Assembly: GCA_963750165.1 (NCBI GenBank)
Contig: CAVVPN010000012.1
Coordinates: forward strand, 576,001-640,000
Length of the DNA stretch: 64,000 nt
Direction of reading: 5' to 3'
Origin: an uncultured Gemmataceae bacterium
GTDB lineage: Bacteria > Planctomycetota > Planctomycetia > Gemmatales > Gemmataceae
Under the pieces are notes generated by a model that was given only the letters and a program-made list of their open reading frames with translations, did no database searches and was not told the origin of the DNA. Shown piece by piece: positions 1 through 8,488 of the stretch. The translations under genes were made by a program, and so were the position numbers. Position 1 is the stretch's first letter; every line of letters begins with the position of its first letter.

Positions 1-992
1 TAGGGGGCCGAGAGCCAGCAGGTTTGCCCCGACAGCGAGGCGCCGTGGAAAAATTTGATCGGGCCGAACTTGACCCGCCTGTTCTTCGGAGCCATCTTTT
101 GACGCCGGACGGCCTCCTCGATCTCACGCTCGCGCAGCATGATGTAAAGATGCATCGGCACCTGGTCGCTGCTGGCGATCGACAGCAGTTCCGCCGTGCG
201 CACGGAAGTCCCGGCCACGTGAATGCTGGTGATGCCCTTCTTGAAGTACTCCTTGAAGCGTAGGCGATATCCTTCCATCACTTCCGATTGAGGCGGCTCG
301 GGAGCCTTGGGGAGGTTGCGCGTGACGCGTGACGCGGCGGATTCCTTGAGAACGCCGGTCAACTCTCCCTTGGCATCGCGCTCGAATTCGCCACCGGCCG
401 GATCCTTCGCGTCCTTGTCGAGCTTGGCAAGGTCAAGCGCGTAGCTGTTGCAAGCCCGCAGATGCCCGCTCGAATGCGAGATGATCACCGGGTGCTCGGT
501 GCTGACGCGGTCGAGATCCTTTCGCGTGGGATGCCGGCCGAGAAGCGTGTCGCGGTAGCGTGAGCCCACCACAGTTTGTCCTTTCGGTGTCTTGGCCGCC
601 TTTTTCTTGAGCGCCTCCACCAGGTCGTCGATCGTTTTTTTGTTGAAGAGATCGACGGACGCCCACAGTTTATCTTGAGCGTACGCCGGCGAGGGATGGC
701 AGTGGGCATCAATGAATCCCGGCGTTACCGTCTTGCCTTTCAGATCGACAACGCGGGTTTTCTCGCCGATGTGGGGCTTGACGTCGTCATCCGAGCCGAC
801 CGCGAGGAGCTTCCCGTCGGCGACGGCAAGCGCCGTCGCCCTTGAGTTCTTCGCACCCACGGTGAGCACGTTGGCATTGCGCACAACCAGCTCCGCCGGC
901 TGGGCGCACACCGAGGGCACACCCCACGATAATGCCAGGGCAAAAATGCCGGCCCCAAGAGCGCAACGCCGACAGTCCTTGAAATGTCTCAT
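1..992 (-). CDS. Amidohydrolase family 3 (YtcJ-like) metal-dependent hydrolase with signal peptide; runs off the left end
   Basis: Manual translation from ATG at 992: MRHFKDCRRCALGAGIFALALSWGVPSVCAQPAELVVRNANVLTVG...VVDLKGKTVTPGFIDAHCHP (PGFIDxHxH metal motif), later DPAGGEFERDAKGELTGVLKE. Confidence 0.85.
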   Translation of the reverse strand, partial: MRHFKDCRRCALGAGIFALALSWGVPSVCAQPAELVVRNANVLTVGAKNSRATALAVADGKLLAVGSDDDVKPHIGEKTRVVDLKGKTVTPGFIDAHCHPSPAYAQDKLWASVDLFNKKTIDDLVEALKKKAAKTPKGQTVVGSRYRDTLLGRHPTRKDLDRVSTEHPVIISHSSGHLRACNSYALDLAKLDKDAKDPAGGEFERDAKGELTGVLKESAASRVTRNLPKAPEPPQSEVMEGYRLRFKEYFKKGITSIHVAGTSVRTAELLSIASSDQVPMHLYIMLREREIEEAVRRQKMAPKNRRVKFGPIKFFHGASLSGQTCWLSAP

Positions 993-1129
993 ACCAGATC
1001 TCCTCATCAGGCGTTAGCGCGGGTTTCCTGTGCTGGTCTCCGTGTTACGGCTGCGGATGATTTGGCTGCGAACGGCCGCAAACCGGATCTCGATCGGTGT
1101 GCTGCATCATATCGCGCAGCGGCGCCTTC

Positions 1130-2149
1130 TCACTTTGCCGCTTCGGCGCCGAGCACGACGATGCCGAAGGTCGCCCCGCCCTTGCCGTCGGGCACGTCGC
1201 ATGGCAGCAGGAACTGGTGCGTCATGGGGTCGATGGTGATCGTTTTCGCGCCGGGAGTCGTTTTGATGGTCTGGATTGTTTCGAATTTTCCGGTCGCCGT
1301 TTCCTTGACCACGCTCGCCGTGCCATCGCCGTTGGAGCTTATGGCGAGTCGGAGGGAGGGTTCAAACGCCACGCCGTCCACGTCCTTGCCGATGGGGGTC
1401 GTGCCCAGGACGGCGCCGGTCTTCGCATCGAGGATGACCATTTGTTGATTGCCGCAGCCCGCGAAGAGGCGCATACGCTCGGTGTCAATCGCCAGTCCCG
1501 TCGGGGCTTGGCCCGGCCCGAGCGGCCAGCGGGCCAGCAGTTTGTTGGTCATGCTGTCGATCTGCACGACTTCGTTCCTGTCCTGGACACAGACGAATAG
1601 ATGCCCGGCGCCGTCGGCAACGCCGGATTCGAGGCGGCCTTTCACCGAAATCGTGACCGTGTTGGAGAGCGCAGCCGGATCGATGACGGTGATATCGCCG
1701 CCGTGGTCGTTGGCGAAAACGTGCTTGCTGGCGGGATCGTACACGATGCAGTCGGGCATGCCGCCGGTCTTCACCGTGTTGGTGATTTTCAGCGTCCTGA
1801 GGTCAAAAACGTTGACGCAGCGGTCCTTCCCGGCGCTGATAAAGCCCAGGTTCTGCTCGGGCGCCAGGGCCACGCCGTGTATGCGATTGCCGCCGGCGTT
1901 GGCAATGGTGCCAACGAGAACGCCGTTGTCGAGATCGACGACCTGCACAGTGGTGGAGCGCGGAACGTATAGCCGACGGGCCTCTGCATCGACGCAGAGG
2001 TAGTCCCATTTGCCTTGGCCGCCGAGCGGGATCGTTTTGAGGACCTTCAGCCGGGGCGTATTGTCGCCGCCGAAATACCAGTAGACGGCGGCCACTGCGG
2101 TGGCCAGGCCCAGAACGAGCAAAACAGCGAACATTCGGCGGCGCGTCAC
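1130..2149 (-). CDS. YncE/YVTN-type beta-propeller protein with N-terminal membrane anchor
   Basis: 339-aa ORF; GKWDYLCVD..RRLYV, HGVALAP, PTGLAID..RLFAGC, TTPGAKTITIDP blade motifs. Confidence 0.85.
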   Translation of the reverse strand: MTRRRMFAVLLVLGLATAVAAVYWYFGGDNTPRLKVLKTIPLGGQGKWDYLCVDAEARRLYVPRSTTVQVVDLDNGVLVGTIANAGGNRIHGVALAPEQNLGFISAGKDRCVNVFDLRTLKITNTVKTGGMPDCIVYDPASKHVFANDHGGDITVIDPAALSNTVTISVKGRLESGVADGAGHLFVCVQDRNEVVQIDSMTNKLLARWPLGPGQAPTGLAIDTERMRLFAGCGNQQMVILDAKTGAVLGTTPIGKDVDGVAFEPSLRLAISSNGDGTASVVKETATGKFETIQTIKTTPGAKTITIDPMTHQFLLPCDVPDGKGGATFGIVVLGAEAAK

Positions 2150-2224
2150 GCATTCTCCTTTGCTGGTTCCAGTTGCCGAAAACTCCCCCTTGGCTTAAGG
2201 CACGCGGCAGGATTTTTCATCCTT

Positions 2225-3265
2225 TCAATCGTCGTCGTTGAGGGGGGAGTTGTCGGGGGAGTCCTGGTTGCCGTTTTGATTGATGACTCCGATGGCATAC
2301 CGAATGTCATCAGCGGTGCTGTTGCTGAAAAAATCGACATGTCCGTCCAGGTAAACGAAGAGGACGCCGCCGGTGTGCATGCTGCTGAAGCAACCGGCAG
2401 TGGTGAAGGCCTCAGTTGCGTTGGCGCAGGTACCAATCGTCTGGCAGTTGTAGTTGAACGGAGCACCGGTGGTTCCCAGCGCCCCCATCATGAAATTTTG
2501 GGACCAGTTGCTGCCCATCGCCCAGGTGCCGTATTCGTTATTTTGTTGCGGGTAGAAAGCGGGATTCGTGATGAGGCGGACGCGCTCGCCGACGGCGACC
2601 ACGTTGCTGGTGCCCGAAATGACTTGCGTCAGCCGCACCGTCGAGTTCTGGTAGAAGGCGCCGTCCCTACGAAAGCCGGTACCATTAAAAGTGCCCCAAT
2701 TATTGAAGCCGCCGGAATACACATATTTACCGTCGTCACAATTGTAAATAGACTCGGCGCCGCCCCACAAGGACGCCGGGTTGCTAAGACTGCCGGAGGA
2801 CACTGCGGCATAACTGATGGCGTACCTGTTGAAAATGTTGCCACCGGACGTCGTACGGTAGGTGAGGTCGTCGGTACTGGCGGGGCAGCGAAAAATGGAT
2901 GGTTGGGCTTGCGCAGCGGCCAGGTAATTCCCTTGGGACCAGTTGGGGGCTTGCACAAGGGAGATGGATTGAAAAAGATTATCTTGCTCAATGTAAGGGA
3001 GAATGAAGTAGGACCAGTAGGTCGCGTTGGACGGTTGGCCTGTGCCGTAACGGGCTACGCCGGGCGGGAGGCATTTGTAAGCTGTGTGGTAAGTTTGCAG
3101 GGCGAGACCGATCTGCTTCAGATTATTCCCGCATTGGGTTTGGGCGGCGGCAGCGCGTACTTTTTGCACGGCCGGGAGTAGCAGGCCAATCAGGACCGCA
3201 ATGATCGCGATCACCACCAGCAACTCCACGAGAGTGAAGCCGCGGCGTCGGGGTTGATGGGTCAT
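2225..3265 (-). CDS. DUF1559 prepilin-type N-terminal cleavage/methylation protein with H-X9-DG C-terminal motif
   Basis: [32 protein letters not shown]...CGNNLKQIGLAL; FSSMHTGGVLFVYLDGHV. Confidence 0.95.
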   Translation of the reverse strand: MTHQPRRRGFTLVELLVVIAIIAVLIGLLLPAVQKVRAAAAQTQCGNNLKQIGLALQTYHTAYKCLPPGVARYGTGQPSNATYWSYFILPYIEQDNLFQSISLVQAPNWSQGNYLAAAQAQPSIFRCPASTDDLTYRTTSGGNIFNRYAISYAAVSSGSLSNPASLWGGAESIYNCDDGKYVYSGGFNNWGTFNGTGFRRDGAFYQNSTVRLTQVISGTSNVVAVGERVRLITNPAFYPQQNNEYGTWAMGSNWSQNFMMGALGTTGAPFNYNCQTIGTCANATEAFTTAGCFSSMHTGGVLFVYLDGHVDFFSNSTADDIRYAIGVINQNGNQDSPDNSPLNDDD

Positions 3266-3582
3266 AATGACCTTCTCCTCGAAAAAAGTCCAAGCCGTGA
3301 GGCACATTTCAGAAGAGGGGAATTATACTTTGATAATACAGATACGTCTGAAATTTACAAACGAAAACCCGAGTAGATTTGATGAAAATCCTGCGTAGCG
3401 ATCGACCGCTGCCGCGTCGGACCAAGCGTCGCGGCCAAATCGCCATCCAGGTGGATCGTACGCACCCGGCGAAACACGTTGGAGGTGTCCTGCTCGCCGA
3501 AATAATGGCGGTCTGATCGCTGGAAATGGGTTCCGGAATTCGGCCCTCCCCATCGCGGGGTTCCCCGCGTGAAAGGAGGGCG

Positions 3583-4170
3583 GTAACCGTTCACCCTTCC
3601 GGGAGTAACCTGGGGCAGAGTTGGCCGGAGTGATGGGCGCAGAGCGCGTCGTGCAGGTAATCCGGCACATTTTTGGCTTGCAACCTTGGCGTTCGGACCA
3701 CGGTCAAGATCCGCTCCACGAAGTGATAACCCGCCTGGCTCCAACTGCCAAAACTGCGCTTCCGCCACAACACCGCCCGCCGCAACAAGCGCTCTACATG
3801 ATTGTTCGTCGGCTCCACTCCGTCCGTGGTTACGAACGTCCACAGCGCAGCCTCCAACGCCAGCACGTTCTCGCAAAACCGCGCCACGGGGAGGTCTTCG
3901 CCGAGGAGCGCACCGTCGAGCAACTCATAGTTCAGGCGCTGCTCGACGGGGGCCAACTTTGCTTGCAGTTGTGCCAGCGTGACCTGGGCCTCCTGGACCG
4001 CATGCCACGCGGCATAGACCTTTTTGACCAGCTTTTGCCCCTGTCGCCCACGTCCGCACTCGGGCCGCCGCGGTCGATGATTTTTTGGAAGTCGCGCTTC
4101 ACATGTGCCCAACAGCTTTGCCGACGCGCGGCCGGCACCTGGGCGTACACGCCGGGGCCAGCGCGCATAA
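3583..4170 (-). mobile_element. IS66-family transposase 3' remnant (frameshifted) with its terminal end
   Basis: RQSCWAHVKRDFQKI and GVEPTNNHVERLLRRAVLWRKRSFGSWS motifs in different frames; IS66-like end GTAACCGTTCACC at 3583. Confidence 0.85.
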
Positions 4171-4419
4171 TTGGGTAATTTGGATAACTTGCGCCATTGT
4201 CCACGGGTTGCTATTCTGGCTGTGCCGGGCGCCGGCCGGTAGTGAGCCGACGTTGGCTTGCCGCGGCCGGTGCCTTCGGCTTTTAGAAGGGCTGTTCAGA
4301 GAGGAAGAAAAATGCGCGAGATTTGCCGCTGTTTATGAACGGGTGAGGCGGCAGTTGAAGCCTATGCGTTGATGGAGGAGCAGGAAGGAAGGCGGCTGCG
4401 GCCTTCGAGGAATTGAACG

Positions 4420-4695
4420 ATGACTCAAGAACAACAAGGCCATTGGCTGGAACGGAAAATCGCGGCCCTTGATGCCCTCTATCACAAATTCGGTCGCGAT
4501 GGTTTCAGGGACCAGCAGCTTGCAGATGTCCAACTACTGCTGTCGGTCAAGGAGCTGCAATTCCGGGATGCAGCAAAGGGTCGCGATCTCAGTGAAGTGC
4601 AGAAAGCTGCAAATCGTCAGCTAGCGGGGATTATTCATCAGCGGTTCCAGGAGGAGGCTCTCGCTTCTTCAAGATACGTTGTGGGTAGGTTTTGA
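4420..4695 (+). CDS. Small hypothetical ORF, possibly a truncated gene
   Basis: 91-aa ORF with GAGGA upstream; no recognisable motif; its 3' part overlaps a possible IS1380 end. Confidence 0.3.
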   Translation: MTQEQQGHWLERKIAALDALYHKFGRDGFRDQQLADVQLLLSVKELQFRDAAKGRDLSEVQKAANRQLAGIIHQRFQEEALASSRYVVGRF

Positions 4696-4985
4696 ACCCT
4701 GGCGGAGGATTGGCGGCGCACCGCCCCCTACCCCCAACTCTTTTTTCAGCTTGGCCGATCGCTTATCCTCCCGCTGGCAGGGCCGCCGCGCTCAGGACCG
4801 CGGCGCAGACCTGGCGGTAGTAGTCCAGGTACGGCCAGGAGTTTGACAGGCGCACCACCACCCGCCGGCAACTGACCACCACCTCGGCCGACACCTTGAT
4901 CAGCAGCAACCGCCAGGTCGCCGGCTGCCCTTCCCCCAAGCCCAGCCGTTCGCAGACCGCGTACATCCACGGCATGCCGAACCCC
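4626..4985 (-). mobile_element. IS1380-family transposase C-terminal remnant
   Basis: QPATWRLLLIKVSAEVVVSCRRVVVRLSNSWPYLDYY resembles IS1380 C-termini; GATTATTCATCAGCGG near 4629 resembles an IS1380 end. Confidence 0.65.
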
Positions 4986-5170
4986 GTCGAGGCATTGGCG
5001 CGGGCGTTCAACTCTCGATCTGCCAGCGATGGCTCCCCGGTGTCCGGCGTGTAGCCGAGGCGGTTGAGCAGTTCGTCCGGCTTCAAATCGAGCAGCGGAT
5101 TGTGCTGCGCGGTCCAAGTGCCCTGGCGCGCCAGCACATTTTGGAGTGTAGAGAGTTCCAGGGGAGTCAT
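4985..5170 (-). pseudogene. N-terminal (propeptide-like) stub of a probable papain-family (C1A) cysteine protease, truncated by the IS1380 remnant
   Basis: MTPLELSTLQNVLARQGTWTAQHNPLLDLKPDELLNRLGYTPDTGEPSLADRE resembles bacterial C1 peptidase pro-regions; lies directly downstream of a chagasin gene; no catalytic motif remains. Confidence 0.45.
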
Positions 5171-5189
5171 TCGGCGGCCCTTTCTCGGC

Positions 5190-5534
5190 TGAGGTTTGGG
5201 GTGGTCCTGACGTCGCCACCAGCGTGAAGTGACGGCGTTCGATGGCCGAGCCCGCGCCCAGCCACTCGCGCACCAAGAGCAGAGACAACCGAGCCTGCCC
5301 CTTGCCTCGAACCAACAGGCGGAAGACGCGCTCGCCGCCACCGCCCACCTGAGCGTTTGGCGCGGCGTGCCAGTCGCTGCTGAGAACCTCAATGACAGCC
5401 GGCTCAGACACTTCCAGGTTCCAGCGATACCCGGTCGCAGGGGTTTCCTGCAGCCGGAGGACCACTTCCTGGCCTACCTTCACGGTTCGGGTCGCGCCGT
5501 CGTCAACGTCCGTAAGGATCAGTGGTTGGTCCAT
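5190..5534 (-). CDS. Chagasin-family (I42) cysteine protease inhibitor; native stop unclear, the frame reads on to 4746
   Basis: VKVGQEVVLRLQETPATGYRW (NPTTGY-like loop), VGGGGERVF, LVREW motifs. Confidence 0.85.
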
Positions 5535-5689
5535 TCCGGCACCCCAATGTTCCGCAGATATTGGGCGCATGAACTCATGCTCATTGTCTCTCACCCGGTC
5601 TGCTAGATCAAGGAGAGCCGACTGCTCTTGAACGAATTCACTTTAATCTGCCCGTTGCCCGCCGCCAGAGTCGCTCTGTCCTCGCTGTG

Positions 5690-5800
5690 GAGTCGCCGGG
5701 CCAGCACGTCCGGGCTAAATTCGGGGGTGTACGTTCCCATGTTACGTTCTATACACGGCCACTCAAGTGATGCGTAGAAGGTGTGACGGAGTTGTATTAG
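5690..5800 (-). mobile_element. Possible 5' stub of another IS701-like element
   Basis: MGTYTPEFSPDVLAR from ATG 5740 resembles starts of planctomycete IS701 transposases; abuts the intact IS. Confidence 0.35.
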
Positions 5801-5802
5801 AA

Positions 5803-7190
5803 CTGGACTTTTGCAAAGTTGGTTTCTCGATGCCGTAGCTGTTGAATCTTGTACACTATCCTGGGCAAAATCGCTCGGCGGTGTTGTGGAGTCTGCCATG
5901 GCTGGCATTGTTGAATTCCCCCAGGTGGTTCAGGAAGCGCTGCGCGTCTACGGCGATCTGTTGCCTAACGAACCGCAACGGCGCCACTTCGCTGAATACC
6001 TCACCGGCTTGTTCGTCGCTGAGCGCAAGACCGTCTGTGGCATCAACCGTGAATTCGCTCAGACCACCGACCAATCCTGCCTCAACCGCTTCCTCACCGA
6101 CGCCACCTGGGACGTGCAACAACTCAACCAACGCCGTCTCGACTCCTTGCAACAGGAACCCTCGACCCGCTATTGTGAGCACGGCATCATCCCCATCGAC
6201 AACACCTTGATCGACCACCACGGTGAGTACATTCAGGATGCCGGCTGGTTCTGGGACCACGCCGAGGAGCGCTACAAGATCGCTCACGATTACCTGATCG
6301 TGAATTACGTCTGCACTAATGGCAAGCATTACCCCCTGGACTTCCGCCGCTTTCAGAAGGCCGACCTGTGTGATTGCCTGGAGGTGCCGTTCAAGGATCA
6401 CACCGTCTTGTGCCAGGAACTCATCGACTGGGTCTGCGCCCAAAGCATCCCGGGCACCTTCGCCTTCGACAGCTACTTCACCAATGCCCCGATCCTGAAC
6501 CACATCCACGGTAAGCAGTTAGCGAACGGCCAACCCCGTGGCTACGTCGGCTCGCTCAAGTTCAACCGCAAGTTAGAATACCAGGGGCGGTTGGTCAAGG
6601 CGGACGCCCTGGCAGCTACCATCGCCCCGGAGGTGCGCAAGCCGTTGCGGGAAGGCGACCGCCGGCAGTGGTACTTCACCTGCACGTTGCGCCTGCCGGA
6701 CGTGCAGCACAAAGTCCGCATCGTGATCATTTGGAACCAGCGGGACGATACCAGCCCACGGATCATCCTGGTGACCAACCGGACGCAGTGGGAGGTCAGT
6801 CGGGTGGTGCGGGGTTACCGGCATCGCTGGACGGGCACCGAGACCTTTCATCGGGATGGCAAGCAACAGTTGGGCATGGGGGACTGTCAGTTGCGTGACA
6901 GCGAGGGCCAGACCCGGCACGTGCACCTCGTCATGCTGGCGTACAGTCTCCTGATGAAACAATTGCGGCAGAGCCATGCGTATGAATGGGCCTTCGAGAA
7001 GCTGACGACCATCGGCCAAGCCTGTCGAGCGATCGGGCGGGAAACCCTGCGCAAAACACTGACCTGGGCCATGGACCATGCCACGAAATTCCAGTGGAGT
7101 ACCGAGCGGATTGTGGCTCATCTGGGCCTCATGTAAGAACGATCATAGGTTTCACAAAAATCAAAGGTTTCCAACTTTGCAAAAGTCCAG
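5803..7190 (+). mobile_element. Complete insertion sequence (IS701-like DDE element), 1388 bp
   Basis: Perfect 20-bp IRs CTGGACTTTTGCAAAGTTGG (5803-5822) and CCAACTTTGCAAAAGTCCAG (7171-7190); direct repeat TTAGAA at 5797-5802 and 7191-7196. Confidence 0.92.
5898..7136 (+). CDS. DDE transposase (IS701-like)
   Basis: IPIDNT, FAFDSYF, YRHRWTGTETFHRDGKQQLGMGDCQLR catalytic motifs; intact ORF. Confidence 0.92.
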   Translation: MAGIVEFPQVVQEALRVYGDLLPNEPQRRHFAEYLTGLFVAERKTVCGINREFAQTTDQSCLNRFLTDATWDVQQLNQRRLDSLQQEPSTRYCEHGIIPIDNTLIDHHGEYIQDAGWFWDHAEERYKIAHDYLIVNYVCTNGKHYPLDFRRFQKADLCDCLEVPFKDHTVLCQELIDWVCAQSIPGTFAFDSYFTNAPILNHIHGKQLANGQPRGYVGSLKFNRKLEYQGRLVKADALAATIAPEVRKPLREGDRRQWYFTCTLRLPDVQHKVRIVIIWNQRDDTSPRIILVTNRTQWEVSRVVRGYRHRWTGTETFHRDGKQQLGMGDCQLRDSEGQTRHVHLVMLAYSLLMKQLRQSHAYEWAFEKLTTIGQACRAIGRETLRKTLTWAMDHATKFQWSTERIVAHLGLM

Positions 7191-7399
7191 TTAGAAGCAA
7201 TCGGAAGGATGTCTGCCTCCAAGCGTATGCCCTGCAGTTGGCTGTGGCAACGGTCCGACGTGAATCTTGCGTGCTTCGTCCCGCCCCACCTATGCGAGCA
7301 CCGCACTTCCGCTAAACTGCTTCGGACACATCGACGAATGCGGCCACGGAAAGGCCGATGGTATGCTCGGCCTGGTGTGTGCTGGAACGTGCAGGCGTC

Positions 7400-7620
7400 G
7401 CCACGCTGATCCTGGCCTCGGGCCAGCCGACCGGCGGCACTCCTCGACCGTCAGTTCCGTGCCGCCGCGGTCGGGCAAGCCCCACCCGATGCTGGACCTG
7501 GGCGGCACGCCGGACGCCGCCGTCGTTGACTGGCTCAAGGCAACCGCCGTATCAGTGCTGAACATCGCCGGGCCGCGCGCGAGCGGCGCCCCGGGCGTCC
7601 ACGCAAGGCGGCGCCGTTCA
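7400..7620 (+). pseudogene. Fragment of a SLOG-superfamily 'putative molybdenum carrier' (cpYpsA-like) gene
   Basis: ATLILASGQPTGGT, then a frameshift, then GKPH..LDL...DWLKATAVSVLNIAGPRAS..PGV. Confidence 0.65.
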
Positions 7621-7704
7621 TGCGTGCCGAATACACCCGTGATCGATAGCAGTTCCGGCTGATTGCTTCCCTGTCCAGCCGCCGGACAAACGGCACACAC
7701 CGGG

Positions 7705-7764
7705 CTACACCTTCTACACCCGACTACACCCGCTGTCAGGGTTTTCGAGGGGCAACTGGTGTAG
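7705..7764. repeat. CTACACC direct repeats (x3) plus one inverted copy; candidate integrase arm-type sites
   Basis: CTACACC at 7705, 7714, 7724; GGTGTAG at 7758; 50-110 bp from the tRNA half. Confidence 0.55.
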
Positions 7765-7813
7765 TGGAAAATGTAACAACCTGGAAATTCCAGGGGTTTC
7801 GGGTGTTTCCTGC

Positions 7814-7852
7814 TTTAGAAATCCGCTGCTCTATCCCCTGAGCTACTGCCCC
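7814..7852 (-). tRNA. 5' half of tRNA-Arg(TCT), truncated right after the anticodon loop (att-site remnant, non-functional)
   Basis: GGGGCAG-TA-GCTC-AGGGGATA-GAGC-A-GCGGA-TT-TCT-AA; the 3' anticodon strand (TCCGC), T-arm and acceptor 3' strand are absent. Confidence 0.85.
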
Positions 7853-7985
7853 ATGTAATGTTCTGTGTGGAACTTGCGTCGCGTCCCGAGTTTCTCTTTC
7901 CGACCTTCGGGTACGGTTCGGGTACACTTCGCGACGCTGATCCGTCTCAGTACCGCATCCGCCCATTGTATGCGGGAGTCCGGTC

Positions 7986-8300
7986 GTGGCAAAGAAACGC
8001 CACCGCCTCGGCGAGCACCCCGCTGGTGCCGCGAAGCCCCAGCAGAGCAAGAAAACTGACCTTTGGAATGCGCCGCCGGAGATCGACGCCGCGTTCCGAA
8101 AACTGTTCGAACCCCAGGCACAGCCGGCCGAGCGGAACGCCGAGTTCGTCGCGACGTACTTGCAGGCGTTCATCTCCTGGTGCAAGGAGAACCGGGCGCC
8201 GAAGACGACCGCCCGTTACTTCGACTTCCTCGATGCTTTCGAGCGGCGCTACCACGGCCTCACCGTCAGCCGCCTTACCACCGCCCACGTCACCGAACGG
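7986..8300 (+). pseudogene. N-terminal fragment of a tyrosine recombinase/integrase; no catalytic domain
   Basis: VATYLQAFISWCKENRAPKTTARYFDFLDAF...LTVSRLTTAHVTE resembles the core-binding (SAM-like) domain; adjacent to the tRNA half. Confidence 0.65.
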
Positions 8301-8488
8301 TCCCCCAGAAGTGCGAGGGGGGTCTGTGAGACGAGACGAGATGCAAGCCCTCCCTGGCACTATTTCCATTTTATCACTCAGGCCGCATTCGGGGAACGGC
8401 AGCAAACAGCGCCACGTTGAAGAGCCGTTGTCTTTCGCGTTCCGGCGCTCACAATGAAGGGAGCAACATCACCATCCCGGGCGCCATC

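Noticed and set aside
3400..3582. Possible additional transposase fragment (RWGGPNSGTHFQRSDRHYFGEQD) next to the IS66 end
   Set aside because: The resemblance to DDE transposase motifs is too faint to call without a search.
4746..5594. 282-aa ORF as a genuine chagasin fusion protein
   Set aside because: Beyond the inhibitor domain it is out-of-frame read-through of the downstream protease stub and IS remnant.
5797..7820. Link between the IS target TTAGAA and the same hexamer in the tRNA anticodon-loop remnant (7815-7820)
   Set aside because: A 6-bp match can easily be chance, and DDE transposition and integrase recombination are different mechanisms.
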